From assembly GCA_965212505.1 (NCBI GenBank), contig OZ243123.1:1617903-1681902 (forward strand): a DNA stretch of 64,000 nucleotides. The letters are read 5' to 3'. A model generated the notes under the pieces. The model was not told where the DNA came from. It saw only the letters and a list, made by a program, of their open reading frames with translations, and did not search any database. The translations under genes were made by a program, and so were the position numbers. Each line of letters starts with the position of its first letter. The stretch's first letter is position 1. Of this stretch, positions 46,470 to 57,601 are shown in pieces. This stretch comes from Candidatus Multivoradales bacterium (GTDB lineage Bacteria > Acidobacteriota > Thermoanaerobaculia > Multivoradales > JAHEKO01).

Positions 46470-46611
46470 TGGCGATTCCCTCCAGTCTCCTGCCCGTCCC
46501 GAGGGCACCCATGGGACGAAGCGGTTCTTTGCGGATGCTCCAGGAGGATCTTAACCCGACCGGACGCCGTCGCGGCGTCCGGTGGTTTCGAGGGCCGTTT
46601 TCCGCGCCGGA

Positions 46612-47913
46612 CTAGGGATCGAGCTTCTGGAAGGCTGCGGCGAGAGCGTTGAAGCCGGTCGCCTTGTCGACCTGCTGCGACTTCTTGTAGGCCTCGTAGT
46701 CGGAACGACTGCCTTCGCTCTGGGAACCTTCGAGCGCCAGCGAGATGCGGCGCCGGCGGGGATCAACGCTCATCACCATGACGGTGATCTGCTTGCCCGG
46801 CGAATACATGCGGTTGATCTGCGCGTCGCGCGGCAGGTTCATGACCGAGGCCGGCAGAAGGCCGGTGAGTCCAGGCTCGAGCGCCACGAAGGCGCCAAAC
46901 TTGGCGGTTCGCTCCACGGTGCCCTGTACGACCGAGCCCTCGGGGAAGCGATCGCCGACGCCCTTCCAGGGATCCGGCTCGAGCGCCTTCATCGACAGCG
47001 AGATTCGCTTGCCGCCCTGTTCGACCTTGAGCACCTTGACCTTGACCCGCTGTCCAACACTCAGGACCTCGGACGGGTCTTCGACCCGGCGACGGCTGAT
47101 TTCCGACACGTGGACGAGACCCTGGGCGCCGCCGACGTCGACAAAAGCGCCGAAATTGGTGAGCGAGGCGACCTTGCCCTCGATCTCGGCTCCGGCCTCG
47201 ACCTTCGCGCGCGCCTGGGCGCGCTTCTTCGACCGCTCGCCCTCCAGGAGTTTGCCGCGGGAGAGCACCACGCGGCGACCCGCATCTTCGATCCGGAGAA
47301 CGGAGAAGTCGAACTCCATGTCCAGGTAGTCCTTGGGGGCCTTTACCTTGCCGAGCTCCATCTCTGAGTTCGGACAGAAGCCCGTGACGCCTTCGCAGAC
47401 GACATGGAAGCCACCCTTGTTCCAGCCGATGACCTTGCCGTTCACCATCTCGTTGGCGTCCATCTTTTCCTGGAGCGCCACGACGGCTGGTGAGAGAGAT
47501 GAGGTGGCCGCGCCGGCTACGGGAGCCCCTTTCGCGGGCTTGGGCGTCGGCTCTGGCGTCTTCTCCGCCTCAGCCTCTGGCGTCGCCGCAGCCTCTGCTT
47601 CCGGCGCTGCCTCCGCCTCAGCCTCTGCTACCGGCGCAGCCTCAGCCTCTGGCGTTGCCGCAGCCTCCGCTTCCGGCGTCGCCGCAGCCTCTGCCTCTGG
47701 CGTTACCGCAGCCTCCGGCTCGGCGGTCCCGGCAGCCGCTTCTTCAGTCGCCTCGTCCGAGGCGGCCTCTGCCGCGGGTGCGTCGTCCGTCGGAGCCGCT
47801 TCGACGACGGTCTCGACGTCTGCGCTGGTCTCGGTCTGGGGTTCTACAGCCGTCTCGGTCTGGGTGTCGTCGGACACTTCGACGGACGGATTCTCTGCTT
47901 GAGTCTCGCTCAT
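46612..47913 (-). CDS. S1 RNA-binding domain protein (ribosomal protein S1-like, three S1 domains, acidic N-terminus)
   Basis: GKVASLTNFGAFVDVGG..GLVHVSEIS, KRISLSMKALEPDPW, FGAFVAL. Confidence 0.88.
   Translation of the reverse strand: MSETQAENPSVEVSDDTQTETAVEPQTETSADVETVVEAAPTDDAPAAEAASDEATEEAAAGTAEPEAAVTPEAEAAATPEAEAAATPEAEAAPVAEAEAEAAPEAEAAATPEAEAEKTPEPTPKPAKGAPVAGAATSSLSPAVVALQEKMDANEMVNGKVIGWNKGGFHVVCEGVTGFCPNSEMELGKVKAPKDYLDMEFDFSVLRIEDAGRRVVLSRGKLLEGERSKKRAQARAKVEAGAEIEGKVASLTNFGAFVDVGGAQGLVHVSEISRRRVEDPSEVLSVGQRVKVKVLKVEQGGKRISLSMKALEPDPWKGVGDRFPEGSVVQGTVERTAKFGAFVALEPGLTGLLPASVMNLPRDAQINRMYSPGKQITVMVMSVDPRRRRISLALEGSQSEGSRSDYEAYKKSQQVDKATGFNALAAAFQKLDP
47562..47720 (-). repeat. Imperfect roughly 24-bp coding tandem repeat (AAATPEAE units)
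   Basis: Repeated GCAGCCTCTG..TC.GGCGT on the plus strand inside the S1 gene. Confidence 0.75.
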
Positions 47914-48152
47914 GTTGGTGAAGCCTTGCCTGGGGAACTCTCGGCGTTTGGAACTACAAGTTTGGGAAGGAATCAGTTCTCGCGGCGGGGCGGGCAGTAT
48001 CGCATTTGTACGACCCGCACGTCAATCTCGGTCCGACGACCCGGCCAGATGCCGTGCGCGAGGGCGATCCTTGGAATCGGTGCCACCGAAGCGCGTACAA
48101 TGGGCGCCCACCGCAGCCCCTTGGAAGTGCAATCGGGAGCAGAGGAATGGAC

Positions 48153-48401
48153 ATGACAAACGTCGAACAGGTGATTATGGACCGCTTCTTCGAGAAATGC
48201 CGCATGGCCGGCGGCCCACGGCCTGGATACGTGCTCCGTCGGCAGGCGGTGACTCGCCTGCAAGACGATCAGCCCGACCTCGATTTTGAGGCGGGGCTCA
48301 CTGCCCTGACCGAGAAGGGACTGCTCCTCTCGAACGAGGCGGGCAACCTCTTGTACCTTTCCGAGGCGGGCTCGGAGGCGTTGGCCGCGCGCGGCGCCTG
48401 A
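48153..48401 (+). CDS. Small hypothetical protein (possible winged helix)
   Basis: RBS GAGG; LTALTEKGLL...LYLSEAG pattern; fills the gap between genes. Confidence 0.6.
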   Translation: MTNVEQVIMDRFFEKCRMAGGPRPGYVLRRQAVTRLQDDQPDLDFEAGLTALTEKGLLLSNEAGNLLYLSEAGSEALAARGA

Positions 48402-48415
48402 GGCGTCGAGAGACG

Positions 48416-49150
48416 ATGTCGCGACTCGGGCCGCTCGCCACGCTGCTCGCCTGCCTGTTGGCGAGTGGGGCCTGGGCAGAGCGCTTCCAGCCGGACGTCG
48501 CGGCTGGACGTATCGAGTCGCTCGACGCCGCGCGCGTCGAGATTCAGAAGCGACTCGCGGCGGGGGACGCCAACGAGAGTCAGGTTGCGGCCTGGCGCTA
48601 CGACTGGGCCTACCTGAACTGGAGAATCGCCCAGTCACTTCGAGGCGTGGACGACAAGCGGCGCAAGTTGCTGTTGAAGCAGGCGGAGAAACAACTCGAT
48701 CTGCTGCTCGACATGCGGCCGGAGAGCGCTGAGGCCTGGGCCTTGCGGGGCAGCACGATCGGCGATCGCATCGACGGTGGCTTCAGTGCGGCGATGTTGG
48801 GGCGCAAGGCGAGCGCCAACCACAAGCAGGCGGCCGAGCTCGACGCGGACAACCCGCGAGTGGCGCTACTCCGCGGCATCGGGATGTTTTTCACCCCCAG
48901 GACGTTCGGCGGAGGCAGAGAGGCGGCGGAGGCCGAACTGAGACGTGCCAACGTGCTCTTCGAAAGCCAGGCCAGCACCACGTCCTGGCCCTCGTGGGGG
49001 CGCGAGGACGCTCTCGCCTGGCTCGGAGTGGTCGTTGCGGAGCGGGGGGAGGCTGAGGTCGCGCGCGAGCTCTACGATCGGGCCCTCGAGGTTCGCCCCG
49101 AGTACCTCTGGATTCGAGAGACGCTGATTCCCGGCTTGGACGCAGACTAG
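48416..49150 (+). CDS. Secreted TPR-like protein
   Basis: Signal peptide; PESAEAWALRG, DADNPRV, ARELYDRALEVRP. Confidence 0.75.
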   Translation: MSRLGPLATLLACLLASGAWAERFQPDVAAGRIESLDAARVEIQKRLAAGDANESQVAAWRYDWAYLNWRIAQSLRGVDDKRRKLLLKQAEKQLDLLLDMRPESAEAWALRGSTIGDRIDGGFSAAMLGRKASANHKQAAELDADNPRVALLRGIGMFFTPRTFGGGREAAEAELRRANVLFESQASTTSWPSWGREDALAWLGVVVAERGEAEVARELYDRALEVRPEYLWIRETLIPGLDAD

Positions 49151-49417
49151 CTGCCGACCTCGAAGTTGTCGTTCCCTCGTCTCTCTGGGAGCGGTTCTTC
49201 CAGACGGCAAGCTGGCGATCCCATGACGACCAGGCCGAGCCAACGACGCGCCGGCGGAGGCGCCCGGCGTTCAGGCAAGGCGGAGCCGACCTCTCGCCAG
49301 AATCTGTCCGGTCGACGTTTTCGACGATGGTCGGACCCGCCGAGGGTTGCGGCGCGGCAGGAGAATCTGCGCTCGCTGCGAAGGCGAAGCCCTCTCCAGC
49401 GAGTCAGCCGCCAGCTG

Positions 49418-50845
49418 CTAGCGTTTGAGGAAGGCTCGGAACGCACCGCCGAAGCGGGCGTAATAGACGCCGAAGACCAGCCCGAGCGCCACCAGCGAGA
49501 TCCCGAAGCGTAGCCAGAGATGGTCGCCGCCGATCCACCACGCGGCGGCGAAGGGCGCGACCGGCACCGCGTAGAGCACCACGAGGTCGCGCAGGAGCTG
49601 GCGGAAGGGCGCAGGAGCGACCCGATAGATCGACCAGGCCATGACCACGGCACCAATCGGTAGGTAGTTGGCCCAGGCCATCCCGACCGGCCCCCACTTT
49701 GCGGTGAACAGCAGACCGAAGCCGACAAAGGAGGCGAGCGTCAGCGAGACCGACAAGATCCAGTTCCAGTCTTTGTGGAAGACCTTGAGCATCTCGCCGC
49801 CCAGCCGGCTGAACGGATCCATGAGCGGTGCAAGGGCGAGCACCCGGAGGTAGATTGGCGCGTAGACCCAGTTCTTGCCGCCCAAGATGAGGATGGACGT
49901 CTCCGGATTGACCAGCAGGAACGCCGCCACCGGAGCCTCGATCGCCAGAATGAGCAGGGTCGCCAACCGGTATGCCTCAGCTTGCTTCTTGGGCTCGTCC
50001 TTGAAAGCGACCAGCGCCGGAAAGAGCGTCCGCGTGATGGCCGGTACCAGTGTGACCGTGACCAGGAGTGCCACGGTGTACGCAAAGGAGTAGTGCCCGA
50101 TCACGTCGGCGTCGAACCGGACTCCGAGAATCAGGTTGTCGGCTCGCTGAACGAAGATCGCGAGGAACCAGATGGTGCCGAGCGGCAGGCTGTGCCGAAG
50201 GAGTTGGAGGGTCGTGCCTCGCTCCCACGTGAGTGGGATCGACCCCCAGGCGCGAATCCAAAGGTAGGCGGCGTAGACCGCGGTCGAGGCCACCAACCCG
50301 AGCACCAGGCTCCAAACTCCCCAGCCCAGGTAGGCGAGGCCGAGTGTGGTCGCCGAGTAGACGACGTTGCGCGCGATCTCCGGTGCCACCGTGCGGCCGA
50401 CCTGGAGCTCGGCGTCGAAATAGACGCGCGGAACCGACGCCAGACCTTCGAGCAGCAAGAAGATACTCAGGACGGCCACCACCGGAACCACGTCGGGATG
50501 CGGCTCGATCATGCCGCGCGCCACGAGTCGGGCGCCGAACAGAGTTCCGAGGGCGAGGAGAACTCCCCAGGTCAGCTGCAGGAAGAGCAGGTTGCCGTAG
50601 GGCCGGCTCGGTACCCGGATGATGTGGTAGACGAGCCCGAGGTCGCGCACCGCGCCGAGGACGAGGAAGACCGAGAGCGCCCACTCGTAGAGACCGAAGT
50701 CGCCGGGCAGGACCAGTCGCCGGAGGGCGAGTGTGATCAGGAAGGTGACGCCGACGCGCCAGATCTGCGAGAAGGTCGCGGCGCCTGTCGAGCGTGCGAA
50801 CTTCGACGTGGTGTCGGAAGCGGCTGCGGAACTGTTCTCGGACAT
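49418..50845 (-). CDS. Oligosaccharide flippase (Wzx-like)
   Basis: LRRLVLPGDFG, WGVWSLV, RADNLILG, GHYSFAY, RTLFPAL; many TMs. Confidence 0.85.
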   Translation of the reverse strand: MSENSSAAASDTTSKFARSTGAATFSQIWRVGVTFLITLALRRLVLPGDFGLYEWALSVFLVLGAVRDLGLVYHIIRVPSRPYGNLLFLQLTWGVLLALGTLFGARLVARGMIEPHPDVVPVVAVLSIFLLLEGLASVPRVYFDAELQVGRTVAPEIARNVVYSATTLGLAYLGWGVWSLVLGLVASTAVYAAYLWIRAWGSIPLTWERGTTLQLLRHSLPLGTIWFLAIFVQRADNLILGVRFDADVIGHYSFAYTVALLVTVTLVPAITRTLFPALVAFKDEPKKQAEAYRLATLLILAIEAPVAAFLLVNPETSILILGGKNWVYAPIYLRVLALAPLMDPFSRLGGEMLKVFHKDWNWILSVSLTLASFVGFGLLFTAKWGPVGMAWANYLPIGAVVMAWSIYRVAPAPFRQLLRDLVVLYAVPVAPFAAAWWIGGDHLWLRFGISLVALGLVFGVYYARFGGAFRAFLKR

Positions 50846-50894
50846 GCGCGGGTGGGGAACCGAGGATAGCCGGTTCTCCGTACATAATCGACAG

Positions 50895-51647
50895 ATGAGC
50901 CTCGCCCGCAGACCTCTGTCGTTCCTTCTCGCCGCTCTCCTTCTGACCGCGGCCACAGCTGCTGCGCAGTCGGTCGAGCGACTCGAGATTGTCGATCGCT
51001 CGATCGCTTACCACGGTGGCGACGCCCTCGAGAACAGCGAGATCCGACTCGACCTGTGCTCGAAGTCCGGCTGTTCCCAACTCAAAGCGCGCGTCCAGGG
51101 CGGACTCTTCGATCTGGAGGCGGCCGCCACCGTACGAGAGAGCGAGCGCTGGATTCGGATCACGAACGACACCGCGGAGTGGACCGAAAACGGGGAGCGG
51201 CAGCCGATCGAGGACGAGCAGGCGCTGCGCGACTGGGTGATGGCGCGCATCTACTTCGTCTTTCTGCCGTACCGGCTGAACGATCCGAACGTCTACAAGG
51301 AAGACCTCGGGCTGGAGGATTGGGACGGTCGGCCGCTCCGGAAGGTCAAGGTGACCTTCGGTCGAGGCAGCAGCACCCACTCGCAGGACGAATACATGTA
51401 CTGGTTCGACCCCGAGACCGCCCGGCTCGAGCAGTTCGCCTACACCTATGAGATCAATGGAGGCGGGCTACGGTTCCGGAAGACCACTTCCCATAGGAGC
51501 ATCGGCGAGATCCGGTTCTTCGATCAGGAGAACTACGGAGAGGAGGGGCCCGACCTGTCCGTCGATCTGGTGACGCCCGAGTACGTCGACGGCCTGCGGC
51601 ACGTCTCGACCATCCGCCTCGACCGGATCCAAGTCGGTCGTCTCTAG
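50895..51647 (+). CDS. Secreted DUF6503/LolA-like protein
   Basis: Signal peptide; IVDRSIAYHGG, YFVFLPYRLNDP, DEYMYWFD, GLRFR. Confidence 0.75.
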   Translation: MSLARRPLSFLLAALLLTAATAAAQSVERLEIVDRSIAYHGGDALENSEIRLDLCSKSGCSQLKARVQGGLFDLEAAATVRESERWIRITNDTAEWTENGERQPIEDEQALRDWVMARIYFVFLPYRLNDPNVYKEDLGLEDWDGRPLRKVKVTFGRGSSTHSQDEYMYWFDPETARLEQFAYTYEINGGGLRFRKTTSHRSIGEIRFFDQENYGEEGPDLSVDLVTPEYVDGLRHVSTIRLDRIQVGRL

Positions 51648-52240
51648 CTGGCGGCCAGGCTGCCGTCGAGGCCGAGCGACTCCGAAGCGCCCTGCATGGC
51701 GGCGAGCACGTTCTCCGCGTGTTGCCACAGCTCGAGCTGCCCGTTGAAGCAGGCCTTGCTGAACTCTTCGGTGGCTGCCGCCACCTCGTCGCGATCGACG
51801 CCGGCGGCGAAGATGCGCGACTTCCAGCGCTTCTTGACCGATTTGAGCTTCATCTGCCGGATGTCCTTGTCTGGCCGCACCAGCGTGCCGGCGATCAGGA
51901 GCCCGGTGATCTCGTCAGAGGCCATCAGGGCAAAGTCGATCGGACGCTCACGCTCGACCCCGGTGCCCGCCGTGTTGTGCGAGAGGATCGCCTGAACCAC
52001 CGTCTCCGGGCAGCCGCGCTCGCGCAGGAGTGCCGCGCCCTCGGCTGGGTGCGCCTCGAGCGTCGGATGGATCTCCCAGTCGTAGTCGTGAAGGAGCCCG
52101 GCGAGACCCCAGAGTTCGACGTCTTCGCCGAGCTTTTCGGCGTAGAAGCGCATGGTGGCTTCTACAGCCCACATGTGGCGCCGGAGGCCTTCGGCCTGGA
52201 CGTGCTCGTGCATCAGGTCGCGCGCTGCGTCTCGATCCAT
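51644..52240 (-). CDS. HD-domain metal-dependent phosphohydrolase
   Basis: LRRH, GLLHDYD, AILSH, DEITGL, KSVKKR..FAAGVDR. Confidence 0.88.
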   Translation of the reverse strand: MDRDAARDLMHEHVQAEGLRRHMWAVEATMRFYAEKLGEDVELWGLAGLLHDYDWEIHPTLEAHPAEGAALLRERGCPETVVQAILSHNTAGTGVERERPIDFALMASDEITGLLIAGTLVRPDKDIRQMKLKSVKKRWKSRIFAAGVDRDEVAAATEEFSKACFNGQLELWQHAENVLAAMQGASESLGLDGSLAAS

Positions 52241-52253
52241 CTCGTCTCTCTCC

Positions 52254-52595
52254 CTAGCCCATCATGGCGAAGGTCACGGTCGCCTTCGCGACCAGCTTGT
52301 CGTTTTGGAACACCTCGCCCTCGGCGACGGTCAACGTGCGCCCACGCTTGACGATCGTGCCGCGAGCCGTCAGCTGGCCCGGCACGGCCCGTCTTAGGAG
52401 GTTCATCGAAACCGTCGTCGGCACCACGGCTGCCGCCACCGCGGACGCCGCGGAGACCTCGGCCATCGTCGTCAGGACCGCGAAGTGGATCAGCCCCGGT
52501 GCCACCTGGTGCTCGGGGCGGGTCTCGAGCTCGATCTCTCCAGGCTGCTCACCCGGGCGCATGCCCAACCAGTCGTTGAAGTTCTCTCTCTCCAC
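52254..52595 (-). CDS. PaaI/hotdog-fold thioesterase
   Basis: FNDWLGM, GLIH, SMNLLR, KRGRTLTVAEGEV, LVAKATVTF; start uncertain. Confidence 0.8.
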   Translation of the reverse strand: MERENFNDWLGMRPGEQPGEIELETRPEHQVAPGLIHFAVLTTMAEVSAASAVAAAVVPTTVSMNLLRRAVPGQLTARGTIVKRGRTLTVAEGEVFQNDKLVAKATVTFAMMG

Positions 52596-52614
52596 TGAAG
52601 TATCGTAGCGGACT

Positions 52615-53313
52615 ATGGCGCCCAGACTGCTCTTGATCAGCAACTCGACCATGCACGGCGAGGGCTATCTCGATCACTGCATGCCCGAGATTCAAAACTT
52701 GCTCGGCGAACGGAGGCGAGTGGCGTTTGTCCCCTTCGCCCTCTTCGATCGAGAGAGCTACGCCGCCAAGGCGGGGCAGCGATTCGAGCAGGAGGGCTAC
52801 GAGGTGCGGGCGGTCGTCGCCGACGACGGCGGTCGCGAGACCCTCGAGTGGGCCGAGGCTGTCTTTGTCGGCGGCGGCAACACCTTCCGGCTACTCAAGA
52901 CCCTCCAGGACACGGGGCTCCTCGAGGTCATTCGGCGACGCGTCGGCGAGGGGATGGTTTACATGGGTGCCAGCGCCGGCTCGAACGTCGCGGGCCTGAC
53001 CATTCGAACGACCAACGACATGCCGATCGTTCAGCCCGACTCGTTCGAGGCGCTCGGACTCGTGCCGTTCCAGATCAACCCCCACTACATCGACGCCGAC
53101 CCCGGTTCGAAACATATGGGCGAAACGCGGGAGCAGCGCCTGTTGGAGTTTCTCGAAGAGAACGAGACGCCGGTGGTGGCGATTCGGGAAGGGACTTGGA
53201 TTCGTGGCGATGCGGGAGAGCTCCGGCTTGGTGGTGGTACGGCGCGCATCTTTCGATCTGGTGACGAGGTCGAAGAGATCGACCCCGGAGCCAGGCTCTC
53301 GGACGTACGGTAG
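52615..53313 (+). CDS. pepE: Dipeptidase E (peptidase S51)
   Basis: LLLISNST, GGGNTFRLL, GASAG, TTNDMPIV, INPHY, HMGETREQR. Confidence 0.93.
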   Translation: MAPRLLLISNSTMHGEGYLDHCMPEIQNLLGERRRVAFVPFALFDRESYAAKAGQRFEQEGYEVRAVVADDGGRETLEWAEAVFVGGGNTFRLLKTLQDTGLLEVIRRRVGEGMVYMGASAGSNVAGLTIRTTNDMPIVQPDSFEALGLVPFQINPHYIDADPGSKHMGETREQRLLEFLEENETPVVAIREGTWIRGDAGELRLGGGTARIFRSGDEVEEIDPGARLSDVR

Positions 53314-53327
53314 CGAGCCGGCTGGGA

Positions 53328-53993
53328 ATGGGCCCCTTCTTCGTACCGATCTATCGGTGGTGGTGGAGCGGGCAGATGCCCGCGTTTCGGCAGGCGGCCA
53401 TTCGCCCTCGTGGCGTGCGACTGGGTGTCTTGCTACTCGCCGCTCTTCTTGCCTTGGGTCTGTGGGTCGCGACCGGGCACTGGCGGTCCGCCCCGCGTTT
53501 GCTCATGTCGGGGGGAGGCCTGCGAGGTGAACTCTCGGTCCTACTCGTCTTCTACGGGCTCTTCTGGAGTGCGCTGCTTGGCTCGGTCAAGCGTTTCAAG
53601 GTATTCGACACGGCCCGACTCTTCGATCTCGCGGCCACGCGCCGCGAAGAGACGTTGGCCCGTCTGCTTGTCGGCGTGCTTGTGCTCAACGTGGCACCGA
53701 TCCTCTGGCTTCTGCTTCTAATCCAGATCTGCTTCCAACCGGGTACCGTCCGCCACCCGGTGGTCTCGGGCGCTGTCGCGGCACTGTCGGTACTCGGGTT
53801 CAACCGGATCTGCGGCGCGCTGCTCTGTTCGCGAGAGACCTGGCGTGCCTTCTACGGTTCGAGCGAAGATGGGAGCGAACCCGAAGACGAAACGCTTCGC
53901 GGTGACGCGAGCCACCACTTTGTCGCGCACCTGATCGGGGCACTTCTCTATCTCGTGGGCCTAGGTGGTGTGGCCTTCTGGCTTGCTCTCTAG
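53328..53993 (+). CDS. Hypothetical multi-TM membrane protein
   Basis: About five hydrophobic segments; fills the gap; start uncertain. Confidence 0.55.
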   Translation: MGPFFVPIYRWWWSGQMPAFRQAAIRPRGVRLGVLLLAALLALGLWVATGHWRSAPRLLMSGGGLRGELSVLLVFYGLFWSALLGSVKRFKVFDTARLFDLAATRREETLARLLVGVLVLNVAPILWLLLLIQICFQPGTVRHPVVSGAVAALSVLGFNRICGALLCSRETWRAFYGSSEDGSEPEDETLRGDASHHFVAHLIGALLYLVGLGGVAFWLAL

Positions 53994-54106
53994 CCTGCCC
54001 ACTTGCACCCAAACCCTCGAAAATCACTCAGAGCGCTGCGACCCCTGCCTCGCCCGAGCGTGCTCGGTTAGATTCGGGGAGCAACATGCCGCTCGGGAGA
54101 GGGTCT

Positions 54107-54934
<828 letters not shown>

Positions 54935-54965
54935 GGCGATCCGTTTCGATCGGCGCTCGACTCGA

Positions 54966-55199
54966 CTATTCCGAGGCGGCGACGCGCGCGACTCTGGCGA
55001 TCCGCTCTCGCAGTTCGTTCAACTCACGCTCTTGGGCCGTCTGTCGGCGAAACATCATCGTCAGACCGACTCCCAAGCCGAGTGCGCCGACGTATTTGAC
55101 GACGATGTCGAAGTTGCCGCCCACGTTCGCCGACAGGACCATCAGAAGAGGGCCGAAGGTGATCAGTACCGGGGCGAGCCTGGCGGTCCACTTGGTCAT
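54966..55199 (-). CDS. Small 2-TM hypothetical protein
   Basis: RBS GGAGG, two hydrophobic helices, charged coiled-coil tail. Confidence 0.6.
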   Translation of the reverse strand: MTKWTARLAPVLITFGPLLMVLSANVGGNFDIVVKYVGALGLGVGLTMMFRRQTAQERELNELRERIARVARVAASE

Positions 55200-55220
55200 G
55201 TCGATTGCCTCCGCAGGCGC

Positions 55221-56744
55221 CTACTCACTCTTTCGCTCGTGCATCATCGAGTCCTCGATGACACGGAAGTAGTGGTTGGTGCCGTAGAACCCGAAGTTGC
55301 TGACCCTCGACGTGAAGAGACAGGAGTAGGCCTCGAGCTGGCTGGCGAAGAGGGTCTTGCTCGAGCCCTGCTTGAAGAAGGCGCCCCAGTAGGGGTTGTA
55401 GCGATCGGAGGTGCGCTGCGAGAGGCGGCTCACCCGCAGGCGGAGGTTTCGGTGGTGGTCCTTCATGTCACGGAAGAGACCCCGAATCGCCTCTTCGACG
55501 CTCGCGGACAGCTCCGGAGCGCCCGAGATCAACTCCTTGTAGAGCGTAACGACGTCATGGAGCCGATCCATCTGGTGGCCGACGTCGGCGAGGCGATGTC
55601 GTAGCTCCGTCAGACGACCTAATTCGTAGGCCATCTCTGAGGACTTCTGGAGCTCGTCTTCGAGCTCCGAGACGATCAGCGCTGTCCTCCAGGTCGACTC
55701 GAGTTTTGAGGAGACGATGTCTCCGTAGATATGGTCGCCTACGTAGAGTACGTTCTCGCCCCGGCAGTCGAGCAGCTGCATGAGCCCTTCGAGCGAACCG
55801 CCGCTGTAGACGCCGCCCCAATCGGGCGTCTGCGTTTCGCCGTTCGGCTTGCCCGACTCGTCGAGGCGTACGAAGGGCTTGTTCGAGCGGAAGAAGCGCG
55901 GCTTTCTCGAGTCGACGACCACCAGGTCGAACAGCTGCCGCCAACTGTCGAGGCCGGGGAGCAGGTCGTCGAAGAGGAACGAGCAGATCGCCTTCACGTA
56001 GTACCAGGGCGAATTGGTGATCAGGATAATCTTGCGTCCGCCCAGCGCCAGGCGAAGAAGTGCCAGGCCGAGCTCCTTGTCGCGGCGCAGATAGGTGCCG
56101 ATGTCCGAGAGGGTCTGCTCCTTGAGCGGTCCCTCGGCGTGCAGCCAGTCGATCGCCTGACGACAGTCAGCGAACATCTTCGTGTGATCGGGCATCTGCA
56201 GCGATGGATGCCGCTCGGCGAGTTCCACCAGCTCCGAGTAGAGGTTGGTCTCCGGTAGCTCGAACAGCGAGTCGACGTGGTAGAAGCGATCGCTCGACGG
56301 GTTGATCGGTTCCTGTCGGTAGAGACGAATGGTCTCGCGTCGGCCGAGCCGGCGCCGGCCCAGATACGCCTGGCCGACGAAACGGTGACGGTTCATGCGC
56401 AGGACGACGCCGGACTGCTTGTCGATCAGGAGGCCGCGCCGGGGAAAGTCCGGCCGGAACTCCGCCTGCCGCACCGCCTCGGGGTAGCCGAGCTCGACCA
56501 GGCGATCGACGGCGCGCTCGAAGGTGAGCTGGTCCATCGGCGCGCGGTTGTAGTCGGCGAGCGTCCAGTCGAGATCGAACCCGATGTGCTGAATGGTCTC
56601 GAGTCGCAGTGTTCGATTGACGTAGACCCGTCGCTGCGGAGGTGGATGGCCGAAGCGCAGCGCGTGGTGGAGCAGGGACGACCAGTGGGTCTCGGAGAGC
56701 CCGTGCGTCAGCAGAGGGTCGAGCAGAGCGAGCGTATCGGGCAT
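55221..56744 (-). CDS. HAD-IG family (cN-II type) 5'-nucleotidase
   Basis: VYVNRTL, GFDLDWTL, LITNS, KPRFF, YVGDHIYGDI, WRTALIV.EL. Confidence 0.9.
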   Translation of the reverse strand: MPDTLALLDPLLTHGLSETHWSSLLHHALRFGHPPPQRRVYVNRTLRLETIQHIGFDLDWTLADYNRAPMDQLTFERAVDRLVELGYPEAVRQAEFRPDFPRRGLLIDKQSGVVLRMNRHRFVGQAYLGRRRLGRRETIRLYRQEPINPSSDRFYHVDSLFELPETNLYSELVELAERHPSLQMPDHTKMFADCRQAIDWLHAEGPLKEQTLSDIGTYLRRDKELGLALLRLALGGRKIILITNSPWYYVKAICSFLFDDLLPGLDSWRQLFDLVVVDSRKPRFFRSNKPFVRLDESGKPNGETQTPDWGGVYSGGSLEGLMQLLDCRGENVLYVGDHIYGDIVSSKLESTWRTALIVSELEDELQKSSEMAYELGRLTELRHRLADVGHQMDRLHDVVTLYKELISGAPELSASVEEAIRGLFRDMKDHHRNLRLRVSRLSQRTSDRYNPYWGAFFKQGSSKTLFASQLEAYSCLFTSRVSNFGFYGTNHYFRVIEDSMMHERKSE

Positions 56745-56769
56745 CGAGTACGCCGGATTGTATGGGATA

Positions 56770-57594
56770 TCAGGCCCGGCTCAGCAGCGAGACCGTACGC
56801 GGGAGGAGTTCCTCGGCAGGCTCGTGGAGCTGATCGACGTCCATCCAGGAGGGGAGCGTCGGTGCGTGCGGGTCGATCGAGAAGATCGGGCGCGACCGCT
56901 GGAGCGCCGCCTGGACGATCAGGTCGGTGACCCCGACCGAGAACGACGTACCGACAAAGAGCACCAGGGCGGCCTCGGCCGCCCACCGCTGTACGTCGCC
57001 GAACCGGTAGTCGCTGTGTTCTTGGTAGTACTCGTCGAAGAAGAGCACGTGCGCGCGCAGGAGCTCGCCGCAGCGTGTGCAGCGGGGCAGCGTTTCGAGC
57101 GCGGGCGCCTCGACGAAGGGTCCGAGGTCGACGTCCTCGCGCGCGATCGAACCGCGCGGCGCGCCGTTGTCGCAGCCCCCGCGGGCGCAGCGCAGGCGAT
57201 CGGACGTTCCGTGAACCTTGATCAGGTTCTGGGAGCCGGCGCGTTCGTGCAGAGTGTCGATGTTCTGAGTGATCAGGCGGAACTCACCACCCGTCGTCAG
57301 CAGGTGACGCTCCAGCTCGACGAGTGCAAGGTGCGCGTCGTTCGGGCGGGCCGAGTCGACGCTCTGAAAGCGCTCGAGATACCAGCGCCACTGACCGACC
57401 GGATCGTTCCGGAAGGTTTCGACCGTGGCCATCGACACGTCGCTCTGCTTCCAGACCGCCCCGGGGTCGGAGCCTCGAAAGGTCGAGATCCCGCTAGCTA
57501 CGCTGATGCCGGCGCCCGTGACCACCAGGACCCGGTCTTTCGCGGTCCGTTCGAGCTCCTCCGCTAGTCGAGTCGCCGAGTTGTCGTTTGTCAT
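56770..57594 (-). CDS. cobB: Sir2-family NAD-dependent protein deacylase
   Basis: TGAGISVASGISTFRG, ITQNIDTLHERAG, VHG, Zn cysteines, VGTS. Confidence 0.85.
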   Translation of the reverse strand: MTNDNSATRLAEELERTAKDRVLVVTGAGISVASGISTFRGSDPGAVWKQSDVSMATVETFRNDPVGQWRWYLERFQSVDSARPNDAHLALVELERHLLTTGGEFRLITQNIDTLHERAGSQNLIKVHGTSDRLRCARGGCDNGAPRGSIAREDVDLGPFVEAPALETLPRCTRCGELLRAHVLFFDEYYQEHSDYRFGDVQRWAAEAALVLFVGTSFSVGVTDLIVQAALQRSRPIFSIDPHAPTLPSWMDVDQLHEPAEELLPRTVSLLSRA

Positions 57595-57601
57595 CGAAGC
57601 G

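Noticed and set aside
49151-49417. 267-bp gap between convergent genes
   Set aside because: Only short GC-rich stems; no promoter, repeat copy or credible ORF found
56770-57594. Sir2 gene as an anti-phage NADase (Thoeris/DSR type)
   Set aside because: Has the zinc-binding cysteines, catalytic His and size of a housekeeping CobB-type deacylase; no defence partners adjacent
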